This document shows, one piece after another, positions 34,621 through 43,813 of a stretch of 64,000 nt of DNA; position 1 is the stretch's first letter, and the number at the start of each line of letters is the position of its first letter. Both the position numbers and the translations under genes were made by a program. The stretch is taken from positions 1,136 to 65,135 of the forward strand of contig JAGAZG010000168.1 in NCBI GenBank assembly GCA_017940105.1, in the 5' to 3' direction. The notes under the pieces were generated by a model. It ran no database searches, was not told the origin of the DNA, and saw nothing but the letters and a program-made list of their open reading frames with translations. Origin of the DNA: Mailhella sp. Its GTDB lineage: Bacteria; Desulfobacterota; Desulfovibrionia; Desulfovibrionales; Desulfovibrionaceae.

Positions 34621-35505
34621 TTACCCGATACGGAAGCACAGCGGCGCCCGAACGCCCGTGTAGCTGGCGTAGTTGGCGTTGGCGCCGCCGGAGTAGTCGA
34701 CGAAGCAGAAGTACGCGGCACTCGCCCGGTAAGCAGACAACTCCCACCAGTGGCACCGGGAACCACCGTTGCCATCGCCCTTGATGATGTGCTTCGAGCC
34801 ACCGTAGAAGATGGGGTACTGGAGATTGCAGCCGCCACCGCCAGTGCCGAATCCCGGCTGGCTCCAAGTGTGATGCCCGAATACCTCAACCTCAGTGGGA
34901 AGCCAAAGTTTGCCAGCATTTGCCCAAGACCAACTCGTATCCTCAGATACCGCTCCACCTGCTGAGTAGCGTTCCTCAAGCAGAGCACGTTTGGTGATAA
35001 TATAAGGCTTAAGGTCGGTCGGCAGCTTGGCATAGATGCCATTCGTCTCATCGTTAAGCGTCTGATACAACTCGCTTGCCAGCCACGGATGTTTCACCGT
35101 TGCCGTGCCGTTGTTGGTATCAGACGAATTCATACGCTTGCCGCCAGCAAGGCAGTCACGGCTGATAAAGTCGATATGCCCGCCAATCTCAGTGTCACCA
35201 CACTTACGATAGGGGTTGATACCAGCTACTTCCATGACTACTTTCTCGCCCGTGGTGAGCGTAATGGTCTTGAAGTCACCAATGTGGATGCCCTCAAAAT
35301 CCTCTGCACGAGCGCGACCATTGATGCTTGCCCAGCTCTCGGTCAGCTCCTTGCCGTAAGGCACACCGCCCTGCAAGAAGATTTCCTTCATGAACTCTGC
35401 GGCTTCTGTACCGCTGAGGCGACCAGTCCCGTTGGCCATATCTACGATGAAGCCGTCGGTCTTTTTGAAGCCGGTCTTGCTCGGAAGTTCGTTTGTCTTA
35501 ATCAT
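34621..35505 (-). CDS. DGR target protein (likely C-type-lectin-fold receptor-binding protein)
   Basis: C-terminal VR WWELSAY...GVRAPLCFRI; located at the end of the tail gene cluster. Confidence 0.9.
   Translation of the reverse strand: MIKTNELPSKTGFKKTDGFIVDMANGTGRLSGTEAAEFMKEIFLQGGVPYGKELTESWASINGRARAEDFEGIHIGDFKTITLTTGEKVVMEVAGINPYRKCGDTEIGGHIDFISRDCLAGGKRMNSSDTNNGTATVKHPWLASELYQTLNDETNGIYAKLPTDLKPYIITKRALLEERYSAGGAVSEDTSWSWANAGKLWLPTEVEVFGHHTWSQPGFGTGGGGCNLQYPIFYGGSKHIIKGDGNGGSRCHWWELSAYRASAAYFCFVDYSGGANANYASYTGVRAPLCFRIG
34632..34765 (-). repeat. DGR variable repeat (VR)
   Basis: Adenine-specific differences from the TR. Confidence 0.96.
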
Positions 35506-35520
35506 TTCTTTCGTTCCTCC

Positions 35521-35901
35521 CTATACTTTCTTCACTGCGGCAATAGGAATGCGCCCATCTGTCATGAGCTGCCTCCCATCCGCTGTCAACAGCGGAGCGT
35601 ATACTACGCCACTAATGACGCTTGCCATCAGCCCGTACAGTTCGCTCAAGCACTCTCCCTGATTCATTTCCATAGCTCGCACAAGGCCAGCTACCGCAGA
35701 AGTGAGTGACGTTTCGTTGTCATTTTCAGGTCTTGCACGAACCGCATAGGCTATAATGGGTGTGCCATCGCGGGCAGCAATCTCGTCGCCGTTTGACGTT
35801 ACAAGTGGGGCCTCTACATGACCGGCAATGAGATTGCCAGCCAGCATATCGAGGTCATAATTACTTGCCCCGCCTCCGACATTGAAAACGCCGTATGCCA
35901 T
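35521..35901 (-). CDS. Tail-fibre-associated hypothetical protein
   Basis: GAGGAGG RBS; internal repeat I.G.V.APL.T..G. Confidence 0.65.
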   Translation of the reverse strand: MAYGVFNVGGGASNYDLDMLAGNLIAGHVEAPLVTSNGDEIAARDGTPIIAYAVRARPENDNETSLTSAVAGLVRAMEMNQGECLSELYGLMASVISGVVYAPLLTADGRQLMTDGRIPIAAVKKV

Positions 35902-35914
35902 GCTATGCGCCTCC

Positions 35915-36205
35915 TCATAAAATTCTATAAGCGTAGATTTCCACACCACTCTGAGTGCCAATGGAATCCTTGCCTTGTGTCGCAAGGGGTGCTGCTACCT
36001 CTCCCGCAATGACAGCGGCTTCGAGGTCATCCACTTCTGCGTCCACATCATTGATAAGCTCCTCAACCTCTGAGGAAAGAGATTCAAGAGCCGTTGCTAT
36101 CTGGACTGCGGCGGTGCTGGTCGCGTCCGTCGTCTGCCGGATGTCTTTGATATGTTCGCAGAGGGCTGTCAGCCCCACGGCTTGCAATATCTTGCGCTGT
36201 GCCAT
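35915..36205 (-). CDS. Tail-associated small protein (paralog of 36225-36458)
   Basis: GLT.LC.HIK.IR...LINDVDAEV shared. Confidence 0.7.
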   Translation of the reverse strand: MAQRKILQAVGLTALCEHIKDIRQTTDATSTAAVQIATALESLSSEVEELINDVDAEVDDLEAAVIAGEVAAPLATQGKDSIGTQSGVEIYAYRIL

Positions 36206-36224
36206 AGGCTTTTACCTCCCTTAC

Positions 36225-36458
36225 CTAATCATTGCCAGACAGGGACGACAAATCCCCTTTAATAATGGCATTGGTGAGGTTCTCTACCTCCGCGTCCACG
36301 TCATTGATGAGGCCCTCGACCTCTGCCGTCAAGTCTTCCAAAGCCCCAGAAATCTGGACAAAGGCGGAGCCAGCTTGCTCCGCCATTGCCCTAATTTCCT
36401 TGATGTGGTCACAGAGAGTAGTCAACCCCTCGGTCTGCACTGTTTTATGCGCGGCCAC
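36225..36458 (-). CDS. Tail-associated small protein
   Basis: Paralog of 35915-36205. Confidence 0.65.
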   Translation of the reverse strand: MAAHKTVQTEGLTTLCDHIKEIRAMAEQAGSAFVQISGALEDLTAEVEGLINDVDAEVENLTNAIIKGDLSSLSGND

Positions 36459-36472
36459 GGGGTCAAACCCTC

Positions 36473-37279
36473 TTACTCGCCGCCCTGGGCTACGTCGTCA
36501 GCCAGGAGCGCTGCGATTTCCTCGGCAGTGTAATCGCTGATGTCGCTCTCGACCAGCAGGCTGGTAGCGGGGATGCCACCATCCTGTGCGAAGCCGTTGG
36601 CATCCGTGGTGCGGATGTTGCCAGCCGTGAAGGAGTTGGCAGCCAGCTTCTGCTGGACATCGGCAGCAGCCACGCCGCTGTCGGTGAGGTTGCCGCTGGC
36701 ATCAAGGCCAGCGAGGTCGCCAGTCGTAGCGCCCGTAACCTTGTCTGCCTTGTCATTGTGGACATGACCAGCAGCCGCAAAATCGGATGCCTTGCTGCCG
36801 CTGTCGGTGAGATTGCCATTGGCATCAAGGCCAGCGAAGTTACCAGCAGTTGCGCCAGCCACTTTCTCAGCAAAGCCGGAGAAGTCGAAGGTACCGGTGT
36901 AGGCATCATACTTGTAGACGGGAGTCTCGTCCGTGCCTACATTGATGACGGCAACATTCGTGCCTGCGGGATATTCCTTGCCAGCGCCTTCCTTGAAGTC
37001 GGCGGTGGTGGTGAAATCATCCTCAACATTGTAAATGTTGTTCAGAACGCTTGCGGACAGGGCAGGCAGGTTGGCAAAGGTCACACTGCCAGCGGGCTTA
37101 AGAGCACCAACGAGCGCCGCATTGATAGACGCTTCAACCTGCGCACCGGTCTGGAAATTGCTGTCATTCTGAAGGTCACTTACCTTAGTGGGCAGCTCGG
37201 TCTTCTTGGCAAAGGTCAGCTTGAGCTGCGCAGCCAAGTTCTGAATAGTAGTTTTTGTGGTGATGTTCTTGCTAGGCAT
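36473..37279 (-). CDS. Fibre-like structural protein
   Basis: PTKVSDLQND motif; repeats KV.GAT.G..AGLDA.GNLTDSG. Confidence 0.7.
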   Translation of the reverse strand: MPSKNITTKTTIQNLAAQLKLTFAKKTELPTKVSDLQNDSNFQTGAQVEASINAALVGALKPAGSVTFANLPALSASVLNNIYNVEDDFTTTADFKEGAGKEYPAGTNVAVINVGTDETPVYKYDAYTGTFDFSGFAEKVAGATAGNFAGLDANGNLTDSGSKASDFAAAGHVHNDKADKVTGATTGDLAGLDASGNLTDSGVAAADVQQKLAANSFTAGNIRTTDANGFAQDGGIPATSLLVESDISDYTAEEIAALLADDVAQGGE

Positions 37280-37336
37280 TTTCTTCTACCTCCATAAAGA
37301 TACAAATTGAACTTTTCTTTGCGCGATGCTTTGGTT

Positions 37337-38365
37337 TCAGTCGCCATCGCCAGCGTTGCCAGAGTCTTCCTGTGCATTGTCGCCATCAAGAATTCTTTCG
37401 ACATCCCGCTGAACTTCGGCCTCGTCAACAAGATCGCGTGTGGACATGACTTCTTCAGAATCCACAGCCAGGGCTTCGTGGCTGTCAAACGTCAGCCCGT
37501 GGCCGGCTTTTACTGCCAGCCGCCCGTCTCTCCCGTATTCAAGGCCGGGGCCTACGCCACTCGAAGGTGCACCTCCTTTGCTGAAAAGAGTGACGGCTAC
37601 CTTGATGTCCCCTGCGGGACGACGCTGAGCATAGAAGCGAACAAGCCCATCAAGGGACTCGCAGCCTCCCATCATGCCAGCTTTATCCGCAATGCTGAAA
37701 TAGCCGGGAACGCAGCCGCCCACAGGCACGAGGGCTTTGGTCGCATCCGTCTCCTCAACATCACACACGAATTTATAGTCCGGCGAACTTTCGCTTGCCG
37801 GAACCCAACCGCTTGCGGGCAGGGTCAAGATATAAGTGCCATAGTATCCGCCTATGGGGTACTTGGCGAGGGCTTCGTCGATATATTTCTGGACAGCCTT
37901 GATGGTGGCAAACGCCTCCGGGTCAATGGCCGCCGATACTGCATCCACATCACCGACTGCTGCGATGATGTCAAAAGTTGCCAGCTTGCCAACAATCGAG
38001 CTTGCCGGACGAATCCATTCAGGCTCTCCTTCCAGCACCAGATAGGTGTAGGGAACCTCGCCCAAATCAGGGTCTTCCGCATAGAGCAGCAGGCTCGTGC
38101 AATAGAACCCTGTCTCCACGTCTGCGCTGTTGATTTGAACCGTGACTTGGCACTCGCCATCAATAGGCGACCCCACATCACTGATTCTTGCATCCATGAC
38201 ATAATCCGCAGGAACCGTCATGGTCTTTGGTGTTTCTCCCTCTGGAATTGTGCCTTTGCCGACAGCCACTCTGGTATAGTGCATCTTGCACCGACCAGCC
38301 AGCACCTTGCCTATAAGGGCGATGCCTGGGAGGCTGCCATAGCATCCGTCTTCATACCTAGCCAT
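37337..38365 (-). CDS. Tail fibre/collar N-terminal-domain protein
   Basis: GFY....LYAEDPDLGEV.Y motif; follows baseplate wedge genes. Confidence 0.7.
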   Translation of the reverse strand: MARYEDGCYGSLPGIALIGKVLAGRCKMHYTRVAVGKGTIPEGETPKTMTVPADYVMDARISDVGSPIDGECQVTVQINSADVETGFYCTSLLLYAEDPDLGEVPYTYLVLEGEPEWIRPASSIVGKLATFDIIAAVGDVDAVSAAIDPEAFATIKAVQKYIDEALAKYPIGGYYGTYILTLPASGWVPASESSPDYKFVCDVEETDATKALVPVGGCVPGYFSIADKAGMMGGCESLDGLVRFYAQRRPAGDIKVAVTLFSKGGAPSSGVGPGLEYGRDGRLAVKAGHGLTFDSHEALAVDSEEVMSTRDLVDEAEVQRDVERILDGDNAQEDSGNAGDGD

Positions 38366-38380
38366 TGTTTTTCCCCCTCA

Positions 38381-39553
38381 TCAATCAATTCTTTTGGGTT
38401 TTATGCGGGTCTGTAACATCGACCCAGAACGTCCAGAATCGCCTCTGAGCGTCCTTTTGCTGTCAGGCAATATAGTATTCCTATCCTGCCGCTGAAACGC
38501 TCCATGGGCAACGCTGGCGTCCAATTCAGCCGTTCTTTCCGCATCAGGCATCGCTGTGTCCAAATGGCGTTCAATATTCACGCCCCTTGCTACTTCCATC
38601 CTCTCTGCATCTGTTCGGCTCGCATCTGGGTAAAAGCCCTGAATGTTTCTCTCAGAAAAGCCAAGATGCCTCACATCAAAAGGCTTTTCATGTCGCTGAG
38701 GAACATAAGGCGGCATATCACTGTCCAACCAGCTTCCTGTCATTCCCAGATGTTGCACATCAAATGGTTTCTCAAACGTCTGTGGCGTGTTCGGCGGCAT
38801 ATCTCCTTCAAACCAACTTTCAGCCTGTCCGATATGCAAAACATCAAAAGGCTTTTCAAATCTGTGCGGCTTATACGGAGGAATGTCGCCATACAGCCAG
38901 CTCTCGGTCTGTCCAATGTGCAGCACATCAATCTGCTTCTCGGAAGTCCGCCGTGCGCCTACATCCGTTCCGATGTCAGCCGCATACAGGAAACCGCCCC
39001 GTGTTATTTTCAGTTCTGCTCTGTACGTCCTGTATGTCCGAAGATATAACCGAAACCCAACACCTGCTGCAATCGTCCGCTTGATGGCATAACCAATCTG
39101 CTCAATCAGTTGCAGGCGCTCCTCATCCAGCTTGGTCAAATCCACATAAATTCGTTTCTTCGCAGGGTACACATCCTCGGATTCCAATTCCGTATATTCC
39201 ACACCAAGAAACTCTGCGGCGGCCTTGATAACGGTGTCCTCGTCACCACTTGATAGCTGAGCTATCATCTTGACCTTGATAAACAAGCGGTATAGCTGGT
39301 CAGATGCACCACCTCGCTTCACACCGAAGTTAGCGCCATAGCGGTCGAGCACACTGCCTTCCGCATAATCAAGGTCATCCCATTTCTTGATAAGGTCTGC
39401 CTGTTCATGAACCGTGTCCAGCCCCCAGGCGAATATCGAAAACAGTTTTCCGATATTTGTCTCCACAGGCTTGCCGCTTTGCAGATTATCGTAATCTTTT
39501 CTGCTATACGCACTTGTCAATGCGTACAGCATTTTTGCCAAATACTTATTCAC
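38381..39553 (-). CDS. Baseplate wedge protein with 28-aa C-terminal repeats
   Basis: AEGSVLDRYGANFGVKR...D..YR; follows baseplate J. Confidence 0.75.
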   Translation of the reverse strand: MNKYLAKMLYALTSAYSRKDYDNLQSGKPVETNIGKLFSIFAWGLDTVHEQADLIKKWDDLDYAEGSVLDRYGANFGVKRGGASDQLYRLFIKVKMIAQLSSGDEDTVIKAAAEFLGVEYTELESEDVYPAKKRIYVDLTKLDEERLQLIEQIGYAIKRTIAAGVGFRLYLRTYRTYRAELKITRGGFLYAADIGTDVGARRTSEKQIDVLHIGQTESWLYGDIPPYKPHRFEKPFDVLHIGQAESWFEGDMPPNTPQTFEKPFDVQHLGMTGSWLDSDMPPYVPQRHEKPFDVRHLGFSERNIQGFYPDASRTDAERMEVARGVNIERHLDTAMPDAERTAELDASVAHGAFQRQDRNTILPDSKRTLRGDSGRSGSMLQTRIKPKRID

Positions 39554-40728
39554 GATACATCCACCAGACTTTCCTCTGTCACGGCCTTCTCACGAGGCGC
39601 AATATCAATGTTCTTCCAGCCATAGTTCACTCCGTCGCCACTGATTTTCAGCTTGAAGTCAACAACCCCAGACACTTTGAACACTTCCGTGGGTATCGCC
39701 ACGCAGATGACATCTTTTCCGATGTTCAGCCCGCCTCTCGTATTGCCTCCAATGTACCGCACGATACTGGCTTTGATTTGCTCAATGCCATCCAGCGGAA
39801 ACTGGTCATTGGTCACGAGATTGTAAACCCTGACCCACACCGGCCTGGGCACAGGACGATTGAAATGCACATCATAAAGCTGGCCTGACGACGTAAGAAC
39901 TGGAACAACGGTATCACCAAATGTCTGAATGCCCGCCGCTTTCCTCTGGAAAATGATTTTTGCAATGTCCTCGTCCAGCCCGCCATACGCCACAATCTCA
40001 ATGGAGTGCGGTGGCAGCCCGTGCTCATTCTCAAAATCTGTATCATTCTCCTCACCGATAACGGCAATTACCGCTTCTACGCCTTCATAGATGGCAGCCA
40101 CGATCGCGTCTATGTTCACGCCTCCGGCAAAGTCCACAGAAATGTAATACCTTGCTCTGAACTCAGCATCCGTCTCAGTATTCCTACCGCCCTCAAAGGC
40201 TGACACATTCGTCACTTCCATGATGCCAGACTGAGGATTCGTGATGACTGTGATGGTGTTTTCCGGGGTGTTTCCGTCTGGCCCGGGCACTACAGCAGTA
40301 GCAGGAAGAACCACCGACCCGTCACGGATAACGCCACCTTTCAGCGTGATGTACTGTATGCTCGCCACGGTTTCCGCAAGATAGCCCTCCGGCACATACA
40401 CACCATCATCACCGCTGAAGGTCAAATAGCCGACAGCTTTCTGCGCTCCCAAGAGCCGCAGTCCTATCGCCCGCCCTAAATTCAAGAGGCTTGCTCCTAC
40501 CGCCGTGTCCACGAAACGGCTGTTATATACATCCTCCAACGTGGAGAACAGGAGGTTCAGCATCCAGGCATAAATCCGCAGGAAAATCCCCAGCGGTGAG
40601 CGAACAGTCAGATTCGCGCCGGAGCCAAACAGTTCTCTAGCCTTATGCTCAAGAGCATCAAGCAGTTCTGCGTATGTTGGCCTACGAAAGCCCGCATCGG
40701 TCAGCCCCCAATCTGTTGCCTTTGCCAT
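39550..40728 (-). CDS. Baseplate J/gp47-like protein
   Basis: GGRNTETDAEFRAR, LPPHSIE. Confidence 0.9.
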   Translation of the reverse strand: MAKATDWGLTDAGFRRPTYAELLDALEHKARELFGSGANLTVRSPLGIFLRIYAWMLNLLFSTLEDVYNSRFVDTAVGASLLNLGRAIGLRLLGAQKAVGYLTFSGDDGVYVPEGYLAETVASIQYITLKGGVIRDGSVVLPATAVVPGPDGNTPENTITVITNPQSGIMEVTNVSAFEGGRNTETDAEFRARYYISVDFAGGVNIDAIVAAIYEGVEAVIAVIGEENDTDFENEHGLPPHSIEIVAYGGLDEDIAKIIFQRKAAGIQTFGDTVVPVLTSSGQLYDVHFNRPVPRPVWVRVYNLVTNDQFPLDGIEQIKASIVRYIGGNTRGGLNIGKDVICVAIPTEVFKVSGVVDFKLKISGDGVNYGWKNIDIAPREKAVTEESLVDVS

Positions 40729-41096
40729 TATGCCGTCACCTCCAATCGTACCTTCTCACCGTTTATCATCGTTCCTTGGAACACTGCCGTGACGCTTCGG
40801 TTGTCGTATGTCACCTCAAGAGAATCGACCCTCTGCACATACGGCTCCTGAAATATTGCCTCACGCAGCACTTCTTTGACCTCGCTCATATCTACCTCGT
40901 TCTGATTCTTCCCAACGATGCGTTCATAATCCGTACCGTGGGTTTCATCCGCAAAGAACTCAGCTTTCCATGTCACGAGGGCATGACGAACATTTTGCAC
41001 CACAGTATCTTCATCATAGATTTTCTTGAAATTGCCACCTTCGTCAAACACCAAGTCACGAATTTCCGGGTCTATCAAAAGCGTCATGTTGTCCAT
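40728..41096 (-). CDS. gp25-like sheath initiator
   Basis: EFFAD..HGTDY motif, size and position. Confidence 0.7.
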   Translation of the reverse strand: MDNMTLLIDPEIRDLVFDEGGNFKKIYDEDTVVQNVRHALVTWKAEFFADETHGTDYERIVGKNQNEVDMSEVKEVLREAIFQEPYVQRVDSLEVTYDNRSVTAVFQGTMINGEKVRLEVTA

Positions 41097-41100
41097 GCCA

Positions 41101-41430
41101 TCACCCGCCCACTATGACGTTCGGACTGCCAACGACATGGTTGCCGCTTTGTCCGCAGCTCTGGCAAATCGTCACATCGCCAATGCGCGTCACTCCTCGC
41201 CCATTCACAAAAACCGTTGCCGAAGCACCAACGCTGACAAACGCCCCTCCATGCGGACAGTTGCACGGCCCTGTGTCACCCTTTCGGTGCGTCCCAAGGC
41301 CGTTGATAAGCACGTCAGGAGAAACGACACTATTCGTGCCGCTTCTTCCATGCGGGCAACAGGGAAGACCTATGTCACAGGTTCCCGTAGTGCTGTCCCC
41401 TAGTCTTGTTGCCGGTGGCATATTGCCCAC
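41101..41430 (-). CDS. PAAR-domain spike tip protein
   Basis: PATRLGD, VLING...R.GD, VFVNGRGVTRIGD, GSPNVIVG. Confidence 0.9.
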   Translation of the reverse strand: MGNMPPATRLGDSTTGTCDIGLPCCPHGRSGTNSVVSPDVLINGLGTHRKGDTGPCNCPHGGAFVSVGASATVFVNGRGVTRIGDVTICQSCGQSGNHVVGSPNVIVGG

Positions 41431-41434
41431 CTCC

Positions 41435-41932
41435 TCAGTTGATATAGACCATCGGTGACTTAATCCGTATGTAATCCTTGGCTATTGCTATGAAGCTCCC
41501 GCCGTCCTCACTTGAAATGACGTGCGCATTATCTGGAATGCCAGGTGCAGAATAATTCCCTGACACTATCCCGCCTATGAATATGGCATCAGATGTCGCG
41601 TGATTGCGTTCTGTCAGCGGGTCAGCCTCTTTGCCGCCGGACACTGTGCTGTCAAGGTCATGGTCAAGATAAACCACCAATCCAACATCACCGACCGTTA
41701 TCCAAGGCCGCACAATAAAACCGCCAGTTTTCATGCACATCACAGGGACGCGCAATATCGGCGGCTGGCTTTCATAATTGCCATGTTCCAGATGTTTCGA
41801 CAAAGGCTGCACATTGACTGTCATCTTCTTTTTGTCAAAAGCTATGACTTTCACCGTAGCAGCCACGCAGACCGACTCCTTGAGTTTCTGATCATGCGTC
41901 TGCTCATACTGGAAACTGTTTACCTCAACCAT
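41435..41932 (-). CDS. Baseplate spike (Gp138 N-terminal/gp45-like)
   Basis: VNVQP...VPV...GG....P...GD.GLV...D.D...R.H..SDAIFI. Confidence 0.75.
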   Translation of the reverse strand: MVEVNSFQYEQTHDQKLKESVCVAATVKVIAFDKKKMTVNVQPLSKHLEHGNYESQPPILRVPVMCMKTGGFIVRPWITVGDVGLVVYLDHDLDSTVSGGKEADPLTERNHATSDAIFIGGIVSGNYSAPGIPDNAHVISSEDGGSFIAIAKDYIRIKSPMVYIN

Positions 41933-41944
41933 TTCCTCACCACC

Positions 41945-42826
41945 TTATCCCGTATACGGCTTCAGCTCCATCGACGTTTTCCAATCACCTGTCCTGCCGC
42001 CAACGTGCTTGCCCTTTACCACCGTGAACTTCCCGTTAAGGTCACGGGATTCTATCCTGACCAGCTCTGCCGCCGCCACATTGTAATTCAGAAGGCAGGA
42101 ACGCGAGATATTCTTTTCCTCTCGTTCCTCTGTTGAACCAGCTTTTTGCTTCGATTTCTTCTTGGATGTCTTCTGCGAGTTCTTTTTTGTCTCAAATGGA
42201 ATGACATCCTTATCCTCATCAGAACGCAGAAGGCCATTCTGCGCCGACAGCGTAAGTCCGTTGTCGATGCTTTCCTCAGCCTTCGTTATGTATAGCTGGC
42301 CTGTCGTTCTTACAATAAGACGACTCTTGCACTCGCTCACCACAATCTCTGCCAATACCTGCCGCAATACTCCCCGGCATACACGGCCTCGCGGATAGCT
42401 CTTGTCAATCGACAATTCGCATTTCGCTACCTCGATGCCAAAGATGTTCAGGAGGTCACGAACAATGGCAGATGCCATGCTGTTCTCTGCGTAGGTCTTA
42501 TTGATGAGCTTGTCCAAAATTTCGTCAGCACAGGGCTGAACAGTCAGCGTCGTTGTCCAATCCACTTTCGTCTGCTTATGCCGCAGACCAACTACCTTCC
42601 CTATCAGGATGCAGCCTACGTTGTCCTCATATCCGGCATTCAGAACCACGGGGTCATCCTTCTGGATATTCGCCCGCGTATTCGGCGAAAGGTTTGTCAC
42701 TGTGACCGTTGCAACCGGCGGCTCATCCGTGTCCTCGAAAGGTATCTCAAACTTGAAATCCAGGCTATCGAGAGAATACTTATTTTTCCCGATGGTCAGG
42801 ATTGCTTGCCTTATCCAGAATTCCAT
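41945..42826 (-). CDS. Baseplate hub protein
   Basis: Position; TNLS, LNAGY motifs. Confidence 0.7.
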   Translation of the reverse strand: MEFWIRQAILTIGKNKYSLDSLDFKFEIPFEDTDEPPVATVTVTNLSPNTRANIQKDDPVVLNAGYEDNVGCILIGKVVGLRHKQTKVDWTTTLTVQPCADEILDKLINKTYAENSMASAIVRDLLNIFGIEVAKCELSIDKSYPRGRVCRGVLRQVLAEIVVSECKSRLIVRTTGQLYITKAEESIDNGLTLSAQNGLLRSDEDKDVIPFETKKNSQKTSKKKSKQKAGSTEEREEKNISRSCLLNYNVAAAELVRIESRDLNGKFTVVKGKHVGGRTGDWKTSMELKPYTG

Positions 42827-42827
42827 G

Positions 42828-43205
42828 TCATTCCACCTGCCTGTCATGGAGATACAGCTTGACCTGCTTTCCAAAATTCTTTGGCGTAACCTCTGAAATC
42901 TCATCCCCCGAAAGGCATGACGGAATAATCACAGGTATCGGGAACCGCTCGTCCTCCACAACATTGAACAGCGGTCGTCCGTATCGGATAATATCGCCGA
43001 AAGCAAGCACGTTCCCATTCACATCCAAGAGGTCAACCGTATAAAAACCGCCTTCCTCGTTGTACTTGATGGTGAACACGAACGTCTTGTCTTTCAGCTT
43101 GATGGAGAAGGAATATGGAACCTTCGACGCATCCACATCTATGTACTCCACTTCCGTGGTCAAGTCTATGAGCTGCAATGCCATATCCATCCTCCTTCCT
43201 GCCAA
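42828..43205 (-). CDS. Baseplate plug-like protein
   Basis: Size and position between tube initiator and hub. Confidence 0.6.
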   Translation of the reverse strand: MAGRRMDMALQLIDLTTEVEYIDVDASKVPYSFSIKLKDKTFVFTIKYNEEGGFYTVDLLDVNGNVLAFGDIIRYGRPLFNVVEDERFPIPVIIPSCLSGDEISEVTPKNFGKQVKLYLHDRQVE

Positions 43206-43207
43206 AT

Positions 43208-43810
43208 CTAAAATGCCAGCCCATCATAGCCTCCCGTGAGTCTCGTCAACGGGGCTGCACTGCTGTACGAATTGTATGCCGCCGAAAATTGCTCTGCGGC
43301 AGACGAACTTACCTGCTGTGAAGAAACCATATTCAGCCCAGCATTGCCTGTCTTGGCAAGCTGCTGATTCGAGCTTTTCCCAGCGTCTTGGCTTGTCATC
43401 GGCTGCTGACCGTCCATCGGCACATACTCGGCAGATGTAATTTTCACCTGCTGAAGCGTTGCTGAGAACGATGCACCATCTTTGTTCTTGTAATCCCGCT
43501 TGAAATTCAGGCTGGTGAACACAAGATTCGTCATCCGCGTGACACCTGTATAAGTGAGGATGTCCCGTGACTCCCGCATTTCCTTCAGTGCCTCAACCGC
43601 GCTGTCACCACCGATTATCACACCAGATATGGAGAGCTTACCGGCAGCGTTGTTCACATGGTCATTCATGTCCGCACCGTTCTCAACCGGGTTCGATGTC
43701 ACCGAGCTGCTGTAACTCTCGCTCTCGCTGTCAACTATACCCGTCTGATAAGGCTCAAACCGAACTGTGCCACCCTTGCGACCCTCCAAAACGTATGCCA
43801 TGCTCTCCAC
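43208..43810 (-). CDS. Tail tube initiator/baseplate protein
   Basis: VTSNPVENGA...DHV motif, directly after tape measure. Confidence 0.7.
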   Translation of the reverse strand: MESMAYVLEGRKGGTVRFEPYQTGIVDSESESYSSSVTSNPVENGADMNDHVNNAAGKLSISGVIIGGDSAVEALKEMRESRDILTYTGVTRMTNLVFTSLNFKRDYKNKDGASFSATLQQVKITSAEYVPMDGQQPMTSQDAGKSSNQQLAKTGNAGLNMVSSQQVSSSAAEQFSAAYNSYSSAAPLTRLTGGYDGLAF

Positions 43811-43813
43811 CTC

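Noticed and set aside
35506-39553. Second DGR target
   Set aside because: No further TR-like sequence seen by eye; a BLASTN of the TR would be needed to exclude it fully
41101-41430. Type VI secretion system
   Set aside because: PAAR gene lies in a phage baseplate operon with capsid and terminase; it is a spike tip
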